Of a stretch of 64,000 bases of DNA, positions 55,370-64,000 are shown piece after piece. Made by a program: the position numbers and the translations under genes. The DNA is from the human T2T-CHM13v2.0 reference genome, Homo sapiens, in assembly GCF_009914755.1 (NCBI RefSeq), contig NC_060930.1; one strand, written 5' to 3'. Position 1 is the stretch's first letter, and the number at the start of each line of letters is the position of its first letter. The notes below the pieces were generated by a model, which was given only the letters and a program-made list of their open reading frames with translations, had not been told where the DNA came from and searched no databases.

Positions 55370-56800
55370 TTTACCCATTCATTGAAAAAATGTGGGGTTT
55401 TTTGTTACTACTTTGTATTAGATTCTCTGTGCTAAGCATGTTGGCTGTAAAGAACAAACCATGGTCCCTGTCCTAAAGTCACCCACAACATAGCCTGGGA
55501 GACTGTCACAAAGCGATAATCAGTTGTTTTGATTTTTAAAGGCAATGCAATGAGGGTAATGAAGGACATGTGTAAAACTATTTTAAAAGTTCAGAACAAG
55601 GCATCTCCTGAGGTACACCCTGAGAACAAGTATGAAAGTCAGGGAAGGTTGGCCAGGCGTGGTGGCTCACGCCTGTAATCCCAGCACTTTGGGAGGCTGA
55701 GGGGGGCGGATCACGAGGTCAGGAGATCGAGACCATCCTGGCTAACACGGTGAAACCCCGCCTCTACTAAAAATACAAAAAATTAGCTGGGTGCGGTGGC
55801 TGGCGCCTGTAGTCCCAGCTACTCCGGAGGCTGAGGCAAGAGAATGGCGTGAACCCAGGAGGCAGAGCTTGCAGTGAGCCGAGATAGCGCCACTGCACTC
55901 CCGCCTGGGCGAAAGAGCAAGACTCCGTCTCAAAAAAAAAAAAAAAACAGGGAAGGTTTCCTTAAAAAGGTGACCTGAATTGAATTTCCTAACGTTAACA
56001 GGAATTCAGCAAAGTGGGATGACTTAACAAGGTAGGAGTGGCATTCTAGGTAATGCACAACAGAAGATAGCATGAGGGGATGGAGCTGGCGGTGTCAGAT
56101 ATGGAGTTCCTTATACGTAATATTAAAGAATTAGAAATTTGCCTTCTAAGAGCTAAGACTCCTTTGAAGGGTTGTACACTAATGGGTTACACGGTCAAAT
56201 TTAAGTTTTATAAAGTTCACTCCAGTGGCAGGATTGAGAATTAACTCTGGCAGGATAAGACTAGAGATAGGCAGAGAAATTAGGAACCTATTGCATAAGA
56301 TGATGAAGGTTAAACCAAAGCAATGTTATAAGGACAAAGAGAAGGGTCATGTCCCAGAGCTATCTAGGTAGGAAAGTTGGCTAGATTTTGTGACACATAT
56401 ACCGTGATGTGGAAGAAAGATATGTTCTGTAGTGACTACCTGACTTCTTGCATGATTGCTGTATAGAAAGTGATACCATCAAATAAGACAGAAGAATACA
56501 GGAGGAAGTAAAAGTTATAAAAGGAAATGAATGTGCTCACAATTTGAAATGTTGAGATTGAAGCACCTGTGTGGCCTCCAGGTAGAGATGTCTAGTTGGC
56601 AGATGAATATAAGTCAAAAAGATAGAGGTTTAGAATAGAGACATTGACATGAGTGTCTTTAGTAAAGGTTAGAGACATGAGAATGGCCAAGATCTCTCAC
56701 ATAGAACATGAGGAGGCAATTAGGGGCTCTAGGAAAATCCCTAGTGAATTTTTTACCTTTAGGAGGTAGTCAGAAGAATTTCCTGGGACAGAAATTGAGA
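55370..56800 (-). mobile_element. L2, about 1.1 kb, interrupted by AluY
   Basis: ccattcattgaa tail; catggtccctgtcctaaag; agtcagggaaggtttcc; aaagttcactccagtggcagg; ccaggtagagatgtctagttggcag. Confidence 0.8.
55651..55947 (+). mobile_element. AluY (Yh3-like), full length
   Basis: gagatagcgccactgcactcccgcctgggcgaaagagc. TSD cagggaaggtt at 55640-55650 and 55948-55958. Confidence 0.96.
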
Positions 56801-56881
56801 AGTTAACATCCATTTTTCAAAATTGTACAAATGATTTAAAAGGAGAGTATTGATAATCCTAATAGCCTGCATTTTCCTTTA

Positions 56882-57168
56882 GCAGTGGCTCACACCTGTA
56901 ATCCCAGCACTTCGGTAGGCCAAGGCAGGAGGATCACTTGAGGTCAGGAGTTCAAGACTAGACTGAACACTGAGACCATATCTCTAGAAAAATATTAAAA
57001 ATTAGCTGGATATGGTGGTACACAGCTGTAGTCCTAACTACCCCGGAAGCTGAGATGGGAAGATAGCTTTAACCCAGGAGTTTGAGGCTGCGCTGAGAGG
57101 TGATTGTGCCACTGCACTGTAGCCTGGGTGATAGAGTGAGATGCTCTCTTTTAAATAAATGATAATAA
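56882..57168 (+). mobile_element. AluJ (Jo/Jr-like), degenerate
   Basis: ggaggatcacttgag, aggagtttgaggctgc, gtgattgtgccactgcac. Confidence 0.92.
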
Positions 57169-58180
57169 GGCAGTAAATATTTGGCATCAACTATTAGTCT
57201 CTCTAAAGCAAGGCATTGGGTAAGCCCTTGGCCTTGGCCAGCTGAGTGCATCTGTCTTGGATCTTTCCAATCTACCTCTATCTTTGTGGCAGCTCTTTGT
57301 TGTTTCTGCTGCTCTGCATCTGAACCCAGGATGGGCAACACCCTTTCTCATCAGCCACTTTATTAGATTAGAGCTGATGTTCACATTGGAAAGAGTTCTT
57401 ATTTTTATGTCAGTCTAATTGATCTGACCTAATAGGAAGATGACTGAGGAACTTTTCAATGACAGATTTTGCATTTGCTCTTATAGTTGATAAAGATTAT
57501 TGAGCTGCATAGAAAAAAAAATGGCAGTGAGGGTTGCAGATATTGAAATGCTTAGAATGTAAACCCTGCAAAATAGAACTCTCAGTTATTGCTGAATGTT
57601 TCCCTGCGTGAATTTCCCCATTTTTAATAATTTCCATCCTTAAGATTATTTTCAATGTAAATTCTAATAAAGAACGGTTAATACTCCTTTTACAAATAAA
57701 GATTTTCTCTTCAAAAATTGACACACTTTTCTTGTACACATTTCTCACTTACTGAAAAGTATTTATTGCAGAGTAGCAGTAAAGAATTGGAAAAATTGAA
57801 AGGAGGAGAACTGAGAGTTTGGCCGCAATGAAGCAAAATACAACAACAGGTTTATTACCAGATGAACAAAATTAATAAACAAGTTATTCTCTGCCTTATT
57901 AGTCAGGAATTAGTTGTATGTAAAAGACCATATTGCAAAATTCTACACACAAAGGCAAGCTGAACAGTTTTCCTTTGGAAAATCAGAAATACGTTTCTAG
58001 CACTTATTATTTTTCCACAGTTAAATCTCTGCTCGTGCCCTTGTCATTTCACATCTGGTATTCCAAAGCCCATTCTTCACCACCTGTCTTAGCCTTCCCT
58101 TCAATCTGTCCAAAATGTTATAGCTAAAATCATCTTTTAAATCTCTTCTTTAACCACATTACTATCTTCCTTAAGATTAC

Positions 58181-58414
58181 TTTTCATTGTAATTATGATG
58201 TCTTAAATCAACATTTTCTGCGGAGACTTGGAGGATATTTTAGTAACATCTTACCCTCAAATGAAATAATTGCACCTAATAACACGTACATTTTTAAAAA
58301 TCGTGAGAAATAATGATGTATTGTACAGTGTACAATTAAAACATAAAAATCAGAACACCTTTTATGCATATAGTGATCAAAAGTTTTCAAAGGTCTTTCA
58401 TTTTATTCATTTTG
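58181..58414 (+). repeat. Local direct duplication, copy 1
   Basis: Aligns by hand to 59133-59669 (Alu removed) at about 88-90% identity. Confidence 0.95.
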
Positions 58415-58572
58415 CTACCTCCTATTGTTCATTTGATAGATTTGATTCTTATTTTAAGATGGAAAACACTGAGACACAGAGAGTTTGAGGGCATTATGTG
58501 AATCCATTCAGGGTCAAAATGAATATCAGAACTCAGTTTCCTCGACTATCAATCCAGCACTTTCTTCACTTC
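58350..58572 (-). mobile_element. MIR SINE
   Basis: attttaagatggaaaacactgagacacagagag...agaactcagtttcctcgactatcaatccagcactttc. Confidence 0.65.
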
Positions 58573-59132
58573 AGTAAAATGGTATGTGTCATGCTGCCTG
58601 GTATTCATGCCACTAAGAAAGTGTACCAAATTACTGCGTGCCTGTAGTATTGCTGGCACTGAGCTAAATAAATTAGACACATATTTTCTATGAATCTTCT
58701 CAATGACCCACTATTTTTTTTAAAAAAAAACTGAGTACTGGGATACAGATAGTATAAGAGCCAGTTACATTACTCACTATGTAAGTAATGAAGTAGCATA
58801 ATGCGTTTCATAAGTAACGAGGAATAACTTAAAACTAGGTTTCTAACTCCAGCATCTGAGCTGTTTCCACCTTATTGTACTTTTCCACCTTATTGCTCTA
58901 TCTCACACAGTAAGAGCTTCAAATATAGCTTAAAGTCTATCTCTGCCTATACCCAATAGACTTTTAATAAGTGGACTGACTTGTAATAGACATTTAATAA
59001 ACATTTATTGATAATTGAGTTCAATAAAAATAATAGAATGACTTTTATGGGATTCTGATTAAATTTATTCTTGTACCTTAGAAAGATGGAAATAATTTAG
59101 CAGCAGGAGGGTCAATAGAAGTGAAAAATGTT

Positions 59133-59669
<537 letters not shown>

Positions 59670-60357
59670 TTAGCAAAAGTTTTATTGACAAAAAAAATTT
59701 TGGAAAGATTGACCTCACCTATTACAGAAATGGTGTCCTATTCATTCTTCATTACTTTCATACACATTAAATAAATTCACGTGTAGAACAGGTTTAGATA
59801 GGATATTTATTATATGTGGATTTAAGAACTCTTATTCTTTGTAAATTCACAATTGGAAACATAAGGGTTTATTATTTCAATTCAAATTCATCTTTTTCAA
59901 GTTTAAATGAATTGGTTTTGAAACATGAATTTAGAAAGGCAAAACAACTAATCAAACAGACTCCTAAGACTTCTCACCCCTGATGAAATATATGGATGCT
60001 ATTTAAAAATCAATGCAGAAAAAAAATACAGGTTTAAATTTTTTATTTAAATAAAAGTTTGCCTTTGCAATACTACATAGTGCATGATTAATTAGAAGAT
60101 ATGCCCATTAACAATCAATACAAACTGATTCTGGCTGATACAAGCAAATACAGTTAAGTAGAGTTTTTGAAAATATGCTGTGTAGCTCCTTGATTTGACC
60201 TACTAAGAAGACTGGGGAAGAGAAAGAATCAAACAGTGGCAACATAGCCAGAACTATAGCAAAAGTCCAACCAGGGAACCTCTGCAATGAAGAACCCTGT
60301 TGCAGCTACCATTAATTTCTCAATCCTACATCTAACTATACCCATGTTGTTGGCTAC

Positions 60358-60731
60358 TGTATTACTCAGTTCTCACACTGCTATAAAGGAATATTCGAGA
60401 CTGGGTAATTTATAAAGAAAAGAGGTTTAAGTGGCTTATGGTTCCACAAGCTGTATAGGAAGCATGCCTGGGAGGCCTCAGGAAACTTACAATTATGGAG
60501 GAAGCGGGAGCAGGCACATCTTACATGGACAGAGTAGGAAGAAGAGAGAGAAGGGGGAGGTGCTACACACTTAAACAATCAGATCTCATGAGAACCCACT
60601 CACTTTTATGAAACAACGTGAGAAAAATCCGCCCCCATGATCCAATCACCTGCCACCAGGTCCCTCTTCCAACATTGAGGATTACAATTCGACATAAGAT
60701 TTGAATGGGGACACAAATTTAAACCATACCA
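60358..60731 (-). mobile_element. MSTA solo LTR
   Basis: tgtattactc...ggttccacaagctgtataggaagcatg...aaaccatacca. Perfect TSD gctac at 60353-60357 and 60732-60736. Confidence 0.94.
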
Positions 60732-60733
60732 GC

Positions 60734-61035
60734 TACTATTATCTGAATTTTTGTGTCCTCCTAAAATGTTTAAAGCTAATCCCCAGTATGATGGTATTAA
60801 GAGGTGAGGCCTATGGGAAGCGATTAGATTGTGAGGCCAAGGGAACTTATCTGCCTTTCTTACATACGAGGTTGCATTGAGGAGACATCTGTCTATGAAG
60901 GAAGTGGGACCTCATCTGACAGCAAACCTGCCAGCACCTTGAAGCTGCACTTCTCAGCCTGTGAGAAGTACATTTCTGCTGTTTATAAGATGCTCAGTCA
61001 GTGGTATTCTGGTGTAGCAGCCTAAACATACTCAA
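60734..61035 (+). mobile_element. MLT1A/MSTD-like LTR, internally deleted
   Basis: ctgaatttttgtgtcctcctaaaat...atgatggtattaagaggtgaggcct...cctgccagcaccttga...tggtattctggtgtagcagcc. Confidence 0.82.
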
Positions 61036-61404
61036 AAATTGGCACTGCATTCTGGGTGACACCACTTTGTACTGGCACATCCAGGAAAGAGTTTCTACTG
61101 CTCTTGGCATCATTTGCTTCTGATTTAAGGCCAAGGATGAGTAATCTGATTGGATGAGATTGCAATACACTATGCTCACAAAGGAAAGTAACTCAGATGC
61201 TTTCTGAAAGTTCTAAAGATAAATATTATCAACAAGATGATATGAATGTTTGACACTGATACAATTGTCCTTTTTTTTTTTACTTCTTATTCTCTGGTTT
61301 TGTGCAATTCTTCCATTTTCTGTCGTAAGTCTAGAAAGTACATCCTATTACAGGATTTAAAGTCACTTTCCCATCTCGTAGGACTTGAATATATATGTAT
61401 TATA

Positions 61405-61880
61405 TATGATTAGGTTCACCTACATTGAACAGCAAACCTCCAAAACAGCACTGATTTAAACAAGATGGAAGTTTTCTTGTTTATCAGAAAGGAATTTTGG
61501 AGATAGGCTTCCCAGAATGGATATCGTGGCTACATAATCATAATAAAAACAAGGGTCTCTCCTTCTATTACACCATCGAGGGTACCTCATGGCCCAAGAT
61601 GGCTGCCAGAACTCCAATTATCACATCTGTTTTGTAAGCCAGCAGAGTAAAAAAGTGGAGGAGTCAAAATGATATTTGCCTCTTTTCTTTTAAGGAACTC
61701 TTTGGAAGTTACACACAAAATTTCTGCTTACATCCCATTGGCCATAAGTTAGTCACCTGGTTATACCTAGCTGCTAGAGAGTTAGGAAATATGTCTTTAA
61801 CTTGGGCAGCAATGTACTTAGGCTATAAACTGGGATTCTGATGCTGATGAAGAATGAGTGAGTGGCTAATGAGGAAAGAG
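61405..61880 (-). mobile_element. MLT1J-like LTR
   Basis: ttaaacaagatggaagtttt...cctcatggcccaagatggctgccagaactcca...ttctgcttacatcccattggcca...tagtcacctggttatacctagctgc. Confidence 0.82.
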
Positions 61881-63149
61881 GGTATGCAAACTACATTGTC
61901 TCAAATAATTCCTTTTTACTGTTCTGTCAATATTCCTTATGTGTTATTTTTGTCTGACAAATAGAATTAGTTGAAGTGAGTGAGTACTGTCTCTTACATT
62001 GCACAAAATTCTTTAAAAGTAGTATTCTCTGCTACAGCATTTTCTTCTCCAGGTACTATTTTCCTGATCTCCACAAACAGCATCTAAATTGCTTTCCCCC
62101 CCCGCCACCATCAATCTCAGCCATATGCTTTGCTATACTCTAACCTTATTTCCTGGGATTAGTGTAGCCCATTACTTTAGTCACAATACTTCAGTCAGTA
62201 ATAGATGTCTAACTGGGACTAATTTTATTTGACAAAACATAGGAAAAGTTTGGATACAGGTTTCTCTGGGAAAAAAATCAGCTAGGTAACAAATAAGTTG
62301 TGTATATATACAATGTGCCAAGCGCATTTAGAATATAGGAGAACATTGCTTCAGGTGCAGAGGACAGTAACTTCTAGATGTACAAAATGCTTGTAACATC
62401 ATCAGAGGAGCTGTAGGAACCAGACCAAGGCTCAGCTGTTGTTAGGAATAATTCCAAGAACACCACAAAAGAACTGGTCTAATAAGGCACTGCTTTCCCT
62501 CCTATCAGAAAGCTGGGTCATCAGGAGACTGCTGGTCCAACTACTGGCTTCAGTATTACAGTGTTTCCTTCAAAGTGCAGGCATCAGAAAGCCAGCAGTT
62601 GCTCCCAAGATCACATCATATCAACTACAATTCAAGCCCCATGTCCTGCCTCTTATTCTCATAAGGCAGGAATTGGATATTGGAAACTCTGATACCATTA
62701 AATGTGGAACAAACCAAACAAAAATATCCACGACTGTGCTTACCTGCAGAACTAGCAGAAGCAACGAAGTAGAGACGTTGGCTTCTTTCTATCATGTACA
62801 TCATATATTGGTGGCTCTTTTGGGCAGGCAATGATCACCTGAAAGAGAGTCTAGAAACTGTCTTAAATTTCTTGGCCTCAAAAATAAACATATTATACAG
62901 GAACAGTAATGGAGCTTTTGTTGCCAGTCTGCAATAATTTATAGCAGTCAACAAGACAGAATCTTTATCTTTGATGATGTTCTAATAAAATAAAAAGTTT
63001 ATGTCCTCATAAGGAGCCTCTTCTCTTTCTGGGGAGCAACTAGAACAGATGTGTGGTATACCTCGTCCAGATAGTGTGGTGTGTACAGATAAGTCTCTAA
63101 CTTCTCTCAGTCATTTAACTACCTTGCAGGAAGACAGCCTAAAGATAAA

Positions 63150-63620
63150 ACCAATGAATAAAGAAGAGTTGAGCTAATAAATTCATACAGAAATATATAA
63201 CTGGAGTTCTGGTGACATCATGAATCTCTATTTTAAGCAGTGCCTGAATCCAGTCTTCCTTGAAATTCTTTGTTAACTCAACCAGTAAGGTCTTCTCTTT
63301 GGCTAAGCCACATTGATTTGGATTTTCCATCTTTGCAGCTAAATGATTCTTATTTATATGACATTTAGAAACAGAAATGGAGTATTGAAAGAGCTATAAC
63401 CTAACATATGGAGTTGGCTAAATTAGAGAGAAAGCAATTATGATTCTGTTATTAAGAGCTAGAAAACTGGCAATCTTTACTATATGCTGTAAAAATTTCT
63501 TGTTAAACTGGTAGCAGTTGTAGCTTTGGCTGAGACAATGTACCTACTGAAGCTAAAGCATTAAAGCGCTAAGTAGGAAAATTTCAAGATATTAGTGTGT
63601 TGGCTTCCTCTTCTAGCATT
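63150..63620 (+). mobile_element. MLT1 LTR 3' part followed by the start of MLT1-internal sequence
   Basis: gagttctggtgacatca...gctaagccac...ttggattttccatctttgcagctaaa, then acagaaatggagta...tgttaaactggtagcagttgtagctttgg. Confidence 0.65.
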
Positions 63621-63644
63621 TTTTTTTTTTGCCATCATCTACTA

Positions 63645-63850
63645 ACTATATATGCTGCAGCAGGCAATATTCTGTTTACTTTTATCAGCTTGTTTAAGAC
63701 TCAGAATAACTGATTACACAGGTACAATCATTATCTCCATTTTACTGATGAAGAAACTGAGACATTCTTCCATTAAGTACCTAGACAAAAGAACAATATG
63801 GACTGAAACTTAACTGTCTAAAATAAGAAAAGGAAGAATATTCACTTTTC
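63645..63850 (-). mobile_element. MIR SINE
   Basis: attatctccattttactgatgaagaaactgagac. Confidence 0.75.
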
Positions 63851-64000
63851 CCAGGGTGATCCTTTTGTCCTGTGTCCTGTGTCTAACAAAGTGACTGAAA
63901 GTGAGGTTATATGGAACTTTGCACTGAGGGGAAAAAACTATCAGCCCTATTCTAATATTAGTTACAATAAAATCTGAGAAAAAGATACTATAAAATTGGG

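Noticed and set aside
62439-62834. 131-aa plus-strand ORF
   Set aside because: TTG start, no recognisable domain and no supporting splice structure on that strand.

Overview
This is AT-rich primate genomic DNA, human or ape-like given the AluY and L1PA2/3-type elements, and it looks intronic or intergenic. I can support no protein-coding gene, RNA gene, CRISPR array or CpG island. Where a supplied ORF is recognisable it is a translation of Alu, L1, MaLR or microsatellite sequence; the rest are short frames with no recognisable product. The window is a layered transposon record: 19 Alus, several L1PA/L1M pieces, MaLR solo LTRs (THE1A, THE1D, MSTA, MLT1), DNA transposons (MER58A, MER47), and old MIR, L2 and L3 fragments. 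Family and subfamily calls come from remembered consensus motifs rather than a database search, and the boundaries of old elements are approximate. I found no evidence for a new biological system. The best-supported unusual structures are: (1) an L1PA insertion carrying about 116 bp of non-L1 sequence inside its TSDs, a probable 3' transduction (47207-47811); (2) a twin-primed, 5'-inverted L1PA (37699-38378); (3) an Alu with an internal fold-back inversion and two deletions (18048-18309); (4) a roughly 235 bp local direct duplication whose second copy is split by an Alu (58181-59669). Weaker leads are a few well-formed splice-site pairs and transcription-factor motif clusters in repeat-poor stretches.
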